This document shows positions 13,585 through 25,853 of a stretch of DNA of 64,000 bases, piece after piece. The stretch's first letter is position 1. Each line of letters opens with the position of its first letter. The stretch comes from Felis catus (Eukaryota). The notes beneath the pieces were generated by a model. It did not search any database and was not told where the DNA came from. It saw only the letters and a list, made by a program, of their open reading frames with translations. The position numbers and the translations under genes are program-made. The stretch is taken from contig NC_058368.1 in NCBI RefSeq assembly GCF_018350175.1, positions 2,294,001-2,358,000 of the forward strand, written 5' to 3'.

Positions 13585-13915
13585 TTTTTTAAAAAAAATT
13601 TTTTTTTCCAACGTTTATTTTTGGGACAGAGAGAGACAGAGCATGAACGGGGGAGGGGCAGAGAGAGAGGGAGACACAGAATCGGAAACAGGCTCCAGGC
13701 TCTGAGCCATCAGCCCAGAGCCCGACGCGGGGCTCGAACTCACGGACCGCGAGATCGTGACCTGGCTGAAGTCGGACGCTTAACCGACTGCGCCACCCAG
13801 GCGCCCCTAAATTTTATTTTAAATGACATCTACGTCCAGTGTGGGGCTTGAACCCACAGACCCAGGATCAAGAGTCTTGCTTGCTCCACTGACCGAGCCA
13901 GCCAGGGGATCCCCC
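13585..13915 (-). mobile_element. Young SINEC_Fc-type SINE (13585-13807) followed by a short older CanSINE
   Basis: Body differs from the 11899-12126 copy at about 2 positions. Confidence 0.93.
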
Positions 13916-14009
13916 AATTACTAGTTTTTAAGAATCTGAACTAATGTGGTTGGCAAGGATGAGAGTATTTATATTTATAAAAAAGTTTTAAAAAACACTT
14001 TAAAAATGT

Positions 14010-14555
14010 AATTTTTGTATCTGTGTAAATACTTTATTTGGTTTCCACATACGATATTGAAATTTACACATTATTTTTAGGACAATTAATATACAGCTAA
14101 CTGAAATAAAATGTACAAGAAGCTTATGAGATATGAGACGCAGACAAGAAAATGTGAAATGTTCTTAACTGAATTTGTGCTACTGGGAACACCAGGACTC
14201 CTGGCCTTGATCTTAGCCTTGTGTGTCAATTACTTTTTTCTGTAATTACTAACTGACACCCTTCCAAAGAGATGTTTTACTACTTGTCTAAGAAATCAGT
14301 GAACAATGAGGTTTTCAATCTTATCAAAGTACAAAGCATGACTTCAATTCTAGGCCCTCTGACAGAATCCGGTACCTGTATTTACTAAGTTCTTTAATGA
14401 AATTTGATCAAGAAATTACTGAATCATGAAGTATACAAGGCGTCTTTATATTACAAGGAAAATCAATGAAGACTCCAGAAGACAAACATCTAGTACTTAA
14501 AAAACAATTCCAAATTCTGACATTCGGAGCAATGTAATTCCCGTATTATCTTTTT
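14010..14555 (-). other. MICU2: MICU2 3' UTR (end approximate)
   Basis: Repeat-free AT-rich sequence between the stop codon and the AATAAA at 14033-14038. Confidence 0.7.
14033..14038 (-). terminator. Probable MICU2 polyadenylation signal AATAAA
   Basis: tttatt on + strand ~520 nt past the stop; T/GT-rich sequence follows on the minus strand. Confidence 0.7.
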
Positions 14556-14660
14556 CTAAACGAGACCTCTTCCGGCTTGTTTCCAGACTTCTTTTACTCC
14601 TTTAATGCTTTCTCTTTTCACACATTTCCAGTATTCTTGTATACTTTGCTGCTGTGGTAC
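14556..14660 (-). CDS. MICU2: MICU2 terminal coding exon (exon 12), VPQQQSIQEYWKCVKRESIKGVKEVWKQAGRGLV-stop
   Basis: gttaacag|GTACCA...CTCGTT TAG (stop 14556-14558); retains the C-helix Cys (WKC) known to form the MICU1-MICU2 disulfide. Confidence 0.96.
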   Translation of the reverse strand, partial: VPQQQSIQEYWKCVKRESIKGVKEVWKQAGRGLV

Positions 14661-15284
14661 CTGTTAACACAAAGTGAAAGTAAAGAGATCATTCTCTTCA
14701 AGGTTAAACACGATTTCATGCGAGCTCTGTTACCGTTTATTTCCCACGTGCCTCCAGAGAGTCCCTGAGACGGATTATGTTGTGGAGGATTCCAACAAAA
14801 CTGTACGTAGGACGGGGTAAAGGATAAAACGTGAACGTGATGTAAGAACAGCCTTGGGTGACTCAAGAGTGGAGGCTAAGTGCACGTGATTGGAGCCTCT
14901 TCCGTAAGAAGATAATGAAGATCGTGGGAAATTTCTTTCATATATTGGTTTTAAAAAATGTAATTATTTCATGACGCTTTATAATATTTTATAATGTTTT
15001 CCTTTTTATGGTGAACTTTATTTAGCTATGTGGAATATAAATTATAAGCCTAAAACTCTGATTTAAACCTACCTAAGTTAAAAAGAAACAATATATTTTA
15101 TAAGAGGCTTTAAGAAAAAAGACTGTAATTCACCTAAGTGCTCTGTGAATTAAAAAGTTCTATGAGTATTATTCCTCTGTTAAAGAAGAAAGTAAAGGTT
15201 AAAAAACATTTGTATCCTTGGTGAGCACAGGAGGACAGCGTTGCTGGGTATCTCCCAAACGGAAGCAAATCTGCCAGTTGAAAC

Positions 15285-15338
15285 TTTTTTTAGAGAGAGT
15301 GAACGAGTGAGCAAGCTAGCGTGTGTGAGCAGGAGAGG

Positions 15339-15384
<46 letters not shown>

Positions 15385-15749
15385 CTGAAGCCGGCTTCAT
15401 GACCAGCACAGAGCCTGACAAGGGGCTCTATCTCACGACGGTGAGATCACAACTTGGGCCGAAATCAAGAGTTGGAAACTAAACCAACTAAGCCACACCG
15501 GTGCCCTGCTAAAGTTTTAGATTTATTTAAAAAGCTTATTTATTTGAGAGAGACAGAGGGAGAGAGCATGCGTGCACAAGTGGGGGAGGGCCAGAGAGGG
15601 AGGGAGAGAGAGAATCCCGAGCAGGCTCTGCGCTATCAGCTATCAGGGTGCAGCCTGACTTGGGGCTCGAATTCACAAACTGGTGAGGTCAGGACCTGAG
15701 CCGCAATCAAGAGTCAAACGCTTAATGGACTGAGCCACCCAGGTGTCCC
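15285..15749 (-). mobile_element. Two tandem CanSINEs (~15285-15506 with (GA)n; ~15525-15749)
   Basis: Consensus SINE motifs. Confidence 0.9.
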
Positions 15750-16148
15750 TCCTTTAGATTTTATATATATTCTTTTCCTGATCGATTTACAGCTCTATTT
15801 AATGTCTTCGAGAAATGGCGGAGGCTCGTGGGTGTATTAAATCGTTACTGCAAAGGCTGGTTTCATTTTCAGGGACAGGATTATTCACGATGAGATGCTG
15901 GATGCCCACAAAGCTTGTGAGACACATTTGCTAACAGAAATCGTATTTACTCATTTTCCATTAATAATGTGGGTAGCAGGAAAGTGATGGGCTTTTCCGA
16001 GGAGTAAATGAAGGGGGCTTTTCGTGAATGAATCCCCACCACATCCTCTCCCTCATTCTCTCCTTTCTTCTGGCCGAACTGCCTCTTACCACACAGCTTT
16101 CTTTCCACCCTTGTTTCCAACCTGCAGACTGCTTTTATGAGGGTGCTT

Positions 16149-16459
16149 TTTTTTTTAAATTGATAATTTATTTACTTTTTGATTTACATCCAAATTAGTT
16201 AGCACAGAGTGTAACAATGATTTCAGGAGTAGATTCCTTAGTGCCCCTCCCCCATTTAGCCCATCCCCCCTCCCACACCCCCTCTAGTTACCCTGTTTGT
16301 TCTCCATATTTATGAGTCTCTTATGTTTTGCCCCCTCCCTGTTTTTATATTATTTTTCTTCCCCTTCCCTTATGTTCATCTGTTTTATCTCTTAAAGTCC
16401 TCATATGAGTGAAGTCGTATGATATTTGTCTTTCTCTAATTTCGCTTAGCATAATACCC
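16149..16459 (-). mobile_element. 5'-truncated carnivore L1 3' end
   Basis: L1 3' UTR with T tail; imperfect TSD ttatgagggtgctt (16135-16148) / ttacgatggtgctt (16460-16473). Confidence 0.9.
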
Positions 16460-16559
16460 TTACGATGGTGCTTCTAAGCAGATTCCAATTTAAACAAAAT
16501 TTTGAGTTTTATTTGTCCCACAGGTATAGACTAATATGTGAAGAGTCCGAATACAATAA

Positions 16560-16770
16560 CAATGGCTAACATTTACTTCAACTGTCTCAGGCACTATCCT
16601 AAGTATTTTACGCTTAATTCTTACAACATTGTTTTCTGGTAGATTCTATTAGCTTCCTCATTGTACAGATGAGGAACGGGAGGTTCTGAAAAGTTAAGTG
16701 GCTTTGCAAGATTAGGCAGCTGGTGACAAAGCTGGGATTTGAATTTAGGTGTGTCTAACTACAGAGCCCA
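16560..16770 (-). mobile_element. MIR
   Basis: Core cattgtacagatgaggaac...aagttaagtggctttgcaag. Confidence 0.75.
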
Positions 16771-17013
16771 AAGTAAAATGATTTCTGAATAGCAGTTTCT
16801 GATTAGATTCAGATTAAAAAAAAAAAAAAAGCAAAGGAAAATACTGGATCCCATCTGAAGGAGACATCTCCGTTTGTGATCATGGCTTATAATCTCTTCA
16901 CAAATGATAAAACCTCCATTTACGACCACACACACATTGCCCAAATTCTAGGTGTAATGCCATTCACTTAATTAGATGTAAACATGTAGTTATTAAAAAC
17001 TCAAAATCTTTAC

Positions 17014-17171
17014 CCATAAACCTCGATGCATCCTGTTTTTTAACACCCCGAGAAACTCTCCATGACTAAGACATTCATCACCATCCACATCAAAGATCTT
17101 GAACACGGTGTCCAAAATATTGTTTGAGAGTTCCTGCCCTGTTGCTACTTTCACGGCCCTCTTAAACTCCG
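17014..17171 (-). CDS. MICU2: MICU2 coding exon (exon 11) with the canonical C-terminal EF-hand loop DVDGDECLSHGE
   Basis: tttttcag|CGGAGTTT...TTATGG|gtaaag; 158 nt, phase 1/0; EFKRAVKVATGQELSNNILDTVFKIFDVDGDECLSHGEFLGVLKNRMHRGLW. Confidence 0.97.
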
Positions 17172-17634
17172 CTGAAAAAAGAAAACATAAAACAACTCAT
17201 CAACTGTGTGAAATAGTCTAAGTGGAATTAACCTAAATTTTATTATTTGAGAAGCAAAATTAAGTCTCAATGTTCATTATCACGGAAGTAAAACAAAACA
17301 AAAAATACTCATTAAGGATATGTTGAAATAATACATTTGGCTGAGAAATGTCTTGAAAGTAACTGAAAGAGGCAGCCTATTTTAATTTAATCAATGTTCT
17401 AAAGAACATATTTAAATATTCCCTTTTCCTTTTTAGGAAATAAGAAAGTAAAAGCAAATAACGTAATTGTTAAATGTGAGAGTCCTTGTAAGTCTAGAGT
17501 AACCACACTGAATTAGTTAAAAGGCTAATCAACTGTTTCACTGGTAATTGGCTCCTCGACTGGTATGTTCTAGTTGAAGAACAGAGTGATGTTATTTGTA
17601 GATGACAAAAATTAAACGAAGTCACGTAACTTAC

Positions 17635-17743
17635 CCAGTCTGACAGGACGGTGAGCTAAACTAAACATTTGCATGGCAATAGCAAAATCTTCTAGGTGGG
17701 TGGCAAAATGACAAAAGGACTTGAACTCGTCCAAACTAATACT
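17635..17743 (-). CDS. MICU2: MICU2 coding exon (exon 10), SISLDEFKSFCHFATHLEDFAIAMQMFSLAHRPVRL(A)
   Basis: ttattag|AGTATT...AGACTGG|gtaagt; 109 nt, phase 0/1; in frame with neighbouring exons. Confidence 0.97.
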
Positions 17744-17969
17744 CTAATAAAATAACAAAAGTGAGCGTTAATTACGATTTTGTAAAACTGATCTTAGAAT
17801 ATAAGCAGAAGCGTAAGTCCTGTTTCTACCATAAAGCTTGTGAACTTTTATGGCCTTCCAAGAAAGTCTATTAAAAAGACGGGCAGGGCCACCGTGCATG
17901 GTTGTGCAGACTGCACACTGTGTGCAAGGCGTCTCCTGGATCGCGCAGGGCGAGAACTGGGGTGGCCCT

Positions 17970-18360
17970 GTGTCACAGACCGAATTGTCTCCGCAAGATC
18001 CACAGGCTGAAACCCAAACACCCAACGTAACTGTACTTGGAGACAGGACCTTTAGGGAAGCCATTAAGGCTACATGAGGTCACAAGGGTAGGACCCCACT
18101 CTGATAGCACCGATGTCCCGATAAGAGAAGGGGACAGCAGCGCACGCTCACTCTGCACGTAAGCACAGACGACAGGCCTCGTGAGGACAGGGTGAGAAGG
18201 CGGTGGTGGTCTGCAAGCTGGGAGGAGAGGCCTCACCAAAAACCAACCTGCCGGCACCTTGATCTTGCACTTCGGGCTCCAGAGTTGTGAGAAAATGAAT
18301 GAGTTGTTTGAGCCATCCGGCCTGTGGCATTTTGTTACGGCAGGCTGAGGAAACTAATAC
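17970..18360 (+). mobile_element. MaLR solo LTR (MLT1A-like)
   Basis: Typical ggcaccttgatcttgcacttc...tgtgagaaaat...tgtggcattttgttacggcag...aactaatac end. Confidence 0.85.
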
Positions 18361-18409
18361 CCCGTTAAGTGCTCTGCCTCCTTGCTTTTCCGCTTTATCC
18401 GTGGACACA

Positions 18410-18610
18410 GCACGGAGTAAGAGCACTGGGTTTTGGAGATAGAAAAGCTGTGCTTTAATTCCAGTTCTGCCATTTACTGTGTACATGGTCTTAGCCTCTC
18501 CAAGCCTTAGCGAAGTAACCTTTCAGGAAGGAAGTAATTTGCTCAAGATCTACCAAGTGGAACAATCAGGATTTGAACCTTGGTTCCTAACTTCAAAACC
18601 TCTGCCCATA
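18410..18610. mobile_element. MIR fragments
   Basis: aattccagttctgccatttactg...; atcaggatttgaacc. Confidence 0.6.
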
Positions 18611-18726
18611 AAAACAAAACAGAAATAAGTTAGAAAAACTAGTTTTTCCACTGAAAAAGTAAACAAAGTATGAAAACTGTTAATTTGAAAGTAAATTCTT
18701 CCCTGCCTAAAAAAAAAAAGTTTCTC

Positions 18727-18909
18727 GGGGCACCTGTGTGGCTCAGTCGGTTGAACGTCCAACTCTTGATTTCAGCTTGAGGTCATGATCCCAGGGTCGT
18801 GGAATGGAGCCCTATGTGAGGCTCCATGCTGAGCAGGGAGCCTGCTTGAGATTCCCTCTCTCTCTCCCTCTGCCCGCTCCCCTGCTCACACTCACTCTCT
18901 CTCTGAATA

Positions 18910-18962
<53 letters not shown>
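18727..18962 (+). mobile_element. CanSINE with a (TA)n tail (~18914-18962)
   Basis: ggggcacctgtgtggctcagtcggtt head. Confidence 0.9.
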
Positions 18963-18964
<2 letters not shown>

Positions 18965-19589
18965 TTTCTTTTGTAGGCACCTTCAGGATCATGTCCTCTG
19001 CATGTAGGTGGTGGTCTTATTCAAGTTTCACTGCCCGCGGCCTTGGTAAATTCATGGAAGTTTTACTTTTAAAATTTAGTTAAGTCTTTGAAGAGGTAAC
19101 ATATACACATGGTAAAAAAACAAATTCTAGAATGGATAAAAAACAAAAAGTCTTTTTCCCTCCTTTGACCTCCAGTTCCGTTTCCCAGAGGTAAAGCACT
19201 GTTACCAGTTCTTTGCGTATGCTTCCAGAAATATTCTACTCGTATAAAAGAGCATACACACACCCCTGTTTTACACAGTGGGTGTCCTCTTCACACATTT
19301 CTACACTTTGCTTTGTATTCTTAAGAATACATCTTATTAGCAGAAGAGTGGCCGTTCCTCTGTATCGTAATCTCAAAGCCGCCACTCGGTGCAACCTTCT
19401 GATTTTTCCTTTACTGATATGACAGGTGAAAAATAGCATGCCATCAATGTTTGAATCTGTAGGTCTTTAACTGTGAATGAAGTTTAAACACTTTTCTCTT
19501 CTGTTCTTATTGGTGATTTGTGGAGTTCTATTCTTGTGTCTTTTTTATGTCCTCTGCCTAGATTTTTAATGAGCTGTTATGTGGCTTAC

Positions 19590-20026
19590 TGCTGAGAGAC
19601 AAGTCTCCATGGGTCTCTCACGTTTCTGCACATCTTTCAAAGAGAAGCTCCAACTACTTTATTATTCCAGACTATCTTTCTAAGGGCATTTGTATAGCGA
19701 ACAGCCTAGAATATTGACGATGTCTGCTTTGGAAGTAGAGCACAGTTTTGCTTACTGCCCAGTATAAAAGATTCAGACTCCTGAAGATGAGCTTTCTTGG
19801 CTATGTGTGTGGGCAGCATCCACAGGGTACTCAGCATGGTCCCCATGGGACTTGGGAGGCGAGGGAGGACTGACACAAACATGATGCTCATGCTGTTGCT
19901 ATGCTCTGAATAATAATGTTCTTTGTTTCTGACCCAATAGTCTTGTATCTTTGGTCAGCATCCATGAAATGGTACAGGCTAACTTCCAAATAGATAAAAT
20001 CTCAGATACTTTACATTTATTAACAC
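19590..20026 (+). mobile_element. Solo LTR (MER76-like, ERVL class) nested in old L1 fragments (~19070-20660)
   Basis: Start tgctgagagacaagtctccatgggtctctcacgtttctgcac resembles recalled MER76; internal tataaaag TATA; ends ...aaca. Confidence 0.6.
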
Positions 20027-20669
20027 ATTGGTTTTTAGGATCCCGTTATACATTAAATAGGGCAAAATTTAAGACCTTCCAAAGTTCTTGATTTTTAAAG
20101 ATCTCATGATAAATTAAAGAAATGGGCCCATTACATATGATGCCAATATTTCTTCCCTCCCTCCAATGTGTTAATTTTTTTCTTTTGACTTTGATCCTAG
20201 TTTTGAGGGGGATGAGGGGAAAGCAACAGAATTTTTAACTTTTAGACAGCAATTTCATCAACTTTTCCTTGAAAGCTTCTGAGTTTTGCCTAGAGAAATA
20301 TGCATACCCTACTCTGAGAGGATTGTTTCCAAGTTTCCCTCTCTACATACTCAGTTTCATTTTCCCCTGTAACATTTAATTCTTAGATCTATCTGGAATT
20401 TTAGAGTAAGGAGTGAGGCAGAGATTTACGTTCATTTCTCCCTCAGATGGCCAGTCAATTAACCTAATGCCATTTATCAATAATTCCTCTTTTACCCAGC
20501 TAATTTACAATATGAATTCACATATACTAGATTTCCATGTGTATTTGGGTCTAGTTTTGGACTTTATATTCTGTTCAATTGATAGGTCTGTCAAATTCAT
20601 TGTAACAGGCTGTTCTAGTTATCAATATTTGGTAATATATTTTAATATCTCAATATTCTTTTTTTAAAG

Positions 20670-20912
20670 ACTTAATTTTTTATTTTATTTAAAAAATTTT
20701 TATTATTTAAAATTTTTAAAACATTTATTCATTTTTGAGAGAAAGAGAGGCAGGGTGTGAGTGGGAGAAGGGCAGAGAGAGCGAGAGACACAGAATTCTA
20801 AGTAGGTTGAGCCGTCAGCACAGAGCCCGATGCGGGGCTTGAACTCAGAACGGCAAGATCATGACCTGAGCTGAAGTCGGACACTTGACATACTGAGCCA
20901 CCCAGGCACCCC
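20670..20912 (-). mobile_element. CanSINE
   Basis: Consensus body; TSD aaagacttaatttttt flanks it. Confidence 0.9.
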
Positions 20913-21074
20913 AAAGACTTAATTTTTTAAAAGCCATTTCAGGTTCATAGCAAAACAGGAGAAGTTACAGAGATTTCCTGGATATCTCTTGTCCCTGCAG
21001 CATTCTTTTCATAGAAACTTTTACGGCCTGTCTAGTTCACGCATGACAATCTGATGACATTTTTATTGAAACCC

Positions 21075-21480
21075 ATCACTGTCCACCAATACTTTTTGGT
21101 TCCTGCACATAGGAAAGATTACACCTTTCTGCTTCTTTGCAGCTAGGTGGGGTCATGTGATTAGTCTGGCCGGTAGCCAAGTGTGATGTTTCTAGGCCAA
21201 CACACTTAATTGCTGGAATGTACTCATTTTCTTTTCCTGCCACGGCCTCTGAAGATGATGTTTTTTCCAGCCGGTAAAGCTCCAAGGTGGCAGAGCTTGA
21301 AGAGTCTGGGTCCCTGACTCAGTCCCAGAGGCGCCTGGCAGCCCACAGTGGAAATGTAGCACGACTGAGAAAGAGATCTTCCTTGCGCTGGCCACGGGGA
21401 CAGCACGGCAGTTTTAGAACTGCAGCAGACCCAGGCTGTTCCAGTATAAGCGTTACATTTACAGATGACTCCAAGGGACA
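21075..21480 (+). mobile_element. Old MaLR LTR (MLT1H/I/J-like)
   Basis: gcagctaggtggggtcatgtgattagtctggcc and ctgggtccctga motifs. Confidence 0.6.
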
Positions 21481-21706
21481 AGTGCTACATCTATAACACT
21501 AAGACTTCCCATTCAATAATAGGAGACAGCACTATAATTAGGCAAGTTTTCTTTTATAGCTATCAAGAGTTTAAAGCTTCATTTTCATGTATTTCTGGTT
21601 AAATTCATTTTTAATTTTGTGTGTTTCTATTTCAATTACAAATGAGATCTTAATTATATTTTATTATCTTTTCCCTCACTATAGAAATAGCTTTAAATAA
21701 TTATAT

Positions 21707-21925
21707 AGGGGTGCCTGGGTGGCTCAGTCGGTTAAGCCTCCCACTTGAGCATAGCTCATGATCTCACGGTTCATGAGTTTGAGCCCCGTGTCGGGCTCTG
21801 TGCTGACAGCTCAGAGCCCGGAGCCTGCTTTGGATTCTGTGTCTCCCTCTCTTCTCTGCCCCTCCCCTGCTTACTCTCTGTCTCTCTCAAAAATACATAA
21901 ACATTAAAAAAAAAAAAAGAAAAAA
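21707..21925 (+). mobile_element. CanSINE
   Basis: ggggtgcctgggtggctcagtcggtt head, A tail. Confidence 0.92.
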
Positions 21926-22134
21926 TTATATAAAAACATATGCCCACTCCAATACTATGTTATGGAACAATAAAGTAAAAGCAATATATAAAGTAAAAAA
22001 TCACTTCAAATCTTACAACAGTATATTAATCATTATTAATAGTTTGGCAATCATTACTTAATATACATATATATAAACATACACATAAACATTAAAAAAA
22101 GAAAGTGTATATATACACACGCCATTACATTTTC

Positions 22135-22367
22135 TTTCTTTCTTTTTTTTTTAATGTTTACTTATTTATTTTGAGAGTGAGAGAGGGAGAATGTGGGAGG
22201 GGCAGAGAGAGAGAGAGGGAGAGGGAGGGAGAGGGAGAGAATCCCAAGCAGCCTCCACGCTGTCAGTGCAGAGCCCAACGTGGGGCTCGATTTCACGAAC
22301 AAGCGAGATCAGGACCTGAGCTGACATCAGCGTCGGATGCTTAATCGACTGAGCCACCAGGTGCCCC
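22135..22367 (-). mobile_element. CanSINE
   Basis: Consensus body. Confidence 0.9.
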
Positions 22368-22851
22368 TGCCACTACCTTTTCTAACCTGGAATTTGCACA
22401 TAGGGCAGCTACTGCTAACATACTAGCATTGTAACAGGCACTTCACTGAATTTTTGCTGTTTCTAATAGCTTTTCAGTTTGATTCTCTTGGGTTCTCTAG
22501 GCATAGAATCACATCTATGCAAACAAAGCCAACTGTCCCTCCTTCCAAAGGTTCACACTCTTTTATTCTGTTAATTTGTACTGGCTGAGACTTCCAGAAC
22601 AACAGTGGTGACAGTGGACATTGTTATTACTGACTTTACCGGAAATGCAAAACTCCTGTTTGGAATACTGATTCCATCTGGGCAGGAATTCATTCATAAG
22701 AAAATGTAAACACCATTTCTCACCTTGATTTTACACTCAAATAAGAGAGTAACATGGTTTGGCTTACTCTGAAAGTTACTTTATTTAATTATATAAATGT
22801 TTTTAACATGATTTCATCTTTACCAAAAGCATAATAAAAAGGCATACGAAC

Positions 22852-23023
22852 CTCTCCTGCGGACAACTTCTCTCTTACGTTTTTCCAATAGATGTCTTTA
22901 TTTTCAGTGTTCGTGAAAAAAAGTAGCCATTCTGCAAAGTCTTCTTTTCTCATGAAACTCAAACCTTTAGAAAACTGAAGGAATTCCATTTCTTGGACCT
23001 CTGTTTGTAAATTCTCCATAAAT
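22852..23023 (-). CDS. MICU2: MICU2 coding exon (exon 9), FMENLQTEVQEMEFLQFSKGLSFMRKEDFAEWLLFFTNTENKDIYWKNVREKLSAGE
   Basis: cacttag|ATTTATGG...GGAGAG|gttcgt; 172 nt, phase 2/0; overlaps ORF 22789..23019; near-identical to recalled human MICU2. Confidence 0.97.
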
Positions 23024-23284
23024 CTAAGTGTTAAAATATAAACTTGATGTCAGGAACCAGTGGCATTCCATTTTAATATTGTCAGTGGGCCCGCGAGGCA
23101 CCTCCGGCGGTACCCCCGGAGCGGCTGGCCTCTTGACATGCTGAATCAAACAAAGCATTAGTGCGGTGAAAGGGGTGTGGGGAGCAGAAGATGAAGAGAA
23201 GCTGATTTAAAAAAAAATTATTTGTTCTAACTTTTGGCACGCACCACTGTCTTTCTCAAGAGCTTTCCTCTTCATTTCCAGGAA

Positions 23285-23287
<3 letters not shown>

Positions 23288-23320
<33 letters not shown>

Positions 23321-23499
23321 GTTTATTTTTGAAAGAGAGAGAGCATGAGTGGAGAAGAGGCAGGGAGACAGAAGGATCCGAAGCAGGATCTGCACGGACA
23401 GCGGACAGCCGGACGCGGGGCTCGAACTCATGTACTGTGAGATCATGACCTGAGTGCTTAACCAGGACGCTTAACCGACTAAGCCACCCAGGTGCCCCC
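23288..23499 (-). mobile_element. CanSINE with a long T tail
   Basis: Consensus body. Confidence 0.9.
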
Positions 23500-23728
23500 A
23501 GAGAAGCTGCTTAAGTCCATACTTGCTCCAATTTGTCACACTCTATACTCAATTTGTTTGTGCAACTTATACTTGGTAACCTACTTCTGATAGAGATTTA
23601 TAAAAATTATGTAAAATGTTGCTCTGATGCATCTGTAACAGTTTTTTTTCCAATGTAGAAAAATTATCAAGATCAGAGAAACTTAAAATTCACTTGGGTT
23701 ACTGCCTTTAGAATGTTAATCATAATTA

Positions 23729-23945
23729 GGGGCGCCTGGGTGGCTCAGTCAGTTGGGCGTCCGACTTCGGCTCAGGTCACGATCTCGCAGTTCATGAGTT
23801 CAAGCCCCGTGTCGGGCTCTATCCTGACAGCGCAGAGCCTGGAGCCTGCTTTGGATTCTGTGTCTCCCTCTCTCTGCCCCTCTCCTGCTCATGCTCTGTC
23901 TCTGTCTCTCAATAATAAATAAATGTTAAAAAAATTAAAAAAAAA
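23729..23945 (+). mobile_element. CanSINE
   Basis: TSD agaatgttaatcataatta on both sides. Confidence 0.95.
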
Positions 23946-24784
23946 GAATGTTAATCATAATTAATGGTTCCTAATATTTTTGGATACCAAAGTTGATCAA
24001 GTAATCAATGGCTTTACATCAAAAGCTTAGATTTACTTAAAAATATTTATAATCATTTGGACAATAACATGTGAATATATGACTCAACATTCTTTTTAAA
24101 ATAAAAACATGGCACTTTGAGCAAATTCTCATCAACAGCTCCCTAGAAAAGTACAAGTTGAAAGGATATCAGATTAAAAAAATATTGTCTTTGAACAAGA
24201 ACTCAAAACCACTGCACTTGATTTATTTATAAACTAAGTCATGTGAAAAGTATAATCTCCATGTGTTTTAATACGTTGAAGGTTGCTTTATTCACCTTTT
24301 TACATGTTAAAAGAAATGTACTGTCATGCCTCAATTTAATGGAATTATACATGGGGTAAAAAACAGGTCTATTCCAGTTCAATGGGAGAAAAACAGTCAC
24401 TGTTAAACGACTTGCTTTCGGTTCTACGCTTATCCCATAAACCTTAAAAGCATGGGGGAGTTTGATTTTAGGCTTCTATCTGTGTGATAGGTAAGAGTCT
24501 GTTACCTGCAACAGGTTCTGAATGTACTGGAGACACAGATTTATCAATGCCATGTTTTTCCGGGTCAAGGCAGAATTTTATCTACCACTTGAAGCATTTC
24601 CAGTGGGGGCTAACACATCAACAAAACCTTTTGCTGATATACCTTGTTCTCTGTTTTACTGAGTTTTATTACACTGTATATTGTGATGACATTCAACTTA
24701 TTAGGATCGTTAAAAAATTTAACTGCTGTTAAACTACACATTGTTTGACTTCAGCCACTTTCATCTTACTAATTACACTTGTTT

Positions 24785-24891
24785 TGTTTTTTGAAGATTT
24801 TATTTTTAAGTCTTCCCTACACTCAGCGTGGGGCTCGAACAACCCTGAGATCAAGAGTTGCGTTCTCCACTGACTGAGCCAGCCGGGCACC
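24785..24891 (-). mobile_element. Short CanSINE
   Basis: tRNA-head motifs. Confidence 0.8.
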
Positions 24892-25156
24892 TCGCTCATT
24901 ACGTTACTTTTGAAGAACAAAAGTATATTTTAGGATAGCCATCTTTCCTAACTCTAAAATTATAGATCTTGTTATGACTTGAAAATATGGAACGTGATAC
25001 TGGACATAAATGCATGAATTGAAGAATTCATACTATATAAAGTCTCCAGATAAATTCTGAACAAGTTAAACAGTTTATAAATTAGTGGATTAAGTGGGAA
25101 CATTGGGAAAAAAAATCTTTTTCTTACCTGATTTTTTAAAAAATTTTTTGGGTCAT

Positions 25157-25380
25157 GGGTGGGTGGCTCAGTCGGTTGAGAGTCCGACTTCGGCTCAGGT
25201 CACGATCTCGCGGTCCGTGAGTTAGAGCCCCGCGTGGGGCTCTGTGCTGACATCTCAGAGCCTGGAGCCTGCTTTGGATTCTGCATCTCCCTCCCTCTCT
25301 GCCCCTCCCCCACTGTCTCTCTCTCTCCCTCGTGCGTTCTCTCTCTCTCAAAAATAAAACATTAAAAAATTTTTAAAAAT
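25157..25380 (+). mobile_element. CanSINE
   Basis: Consensus body. Confidence 0.92.
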
Positions 25381-25389
25381 TCTTTAGGT

Positions 25390-25577
25390 CATGGGGTGCT
25401 GGAGCTGGCTCACGCCAGCTCTGAGAATTGTCTACACACGTTTTCCCGCCTGTATTTCATGTATGGCAGCTTGAAATTGGCCTGGTAGAGTACTTACATT
25501 TCTTATGACCAAATGCTACAAATCAGGCTGTTCTTCCTGAGAGCAGACTGTCACGCGTATTCATTAGCACAACACTG
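25390..25577 (+). mobile_element. hAT-Blackjack DNA transposon remnant (MER63A-like)
   Basis: Ends ggtgctggagctggctc / tagcacaacactg; internal ggcagcttgaaattggcc and aaatgctacaaatcagg match the recalled MER63 consensus. Confidence 0.7.
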
Positions 25578-25634
25578 CTTATAGACATCTTTGAATGTAT
25601 GAAAGCTCTATTCGGGGATACAGGCAATAACATT

Positions 25635-25853
25635 TCTTTTTTTTTTAATTTTTAAATGTTTATTTGTTTTTGAGAGAGACAGAATATGAGCGAGGTAGAG
25701 GCAGAGGGAGAGAAAGAGACACAGAATCTGAAGCGGGCTCCAGGCTCCGAGCTGTCAGCACGGAGCCCGACGCGGGGCTCAAACCCACAAGCTGTGAGAT
25801 CACGACCTGGGCCGAAGTCGGACGCCCAACCGACTGAGCCACCCAGGCGCCCC
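25635..25853 (-). mobile_element. CanSINE
   Basis: Consensus body. Confidence 0.92.

Noticed and set aside
22789..23019. 76-aa ORF as a standalone small gene
   Set aside because: It is MICU2 exon 9 read through the donor at 22851 into the intron
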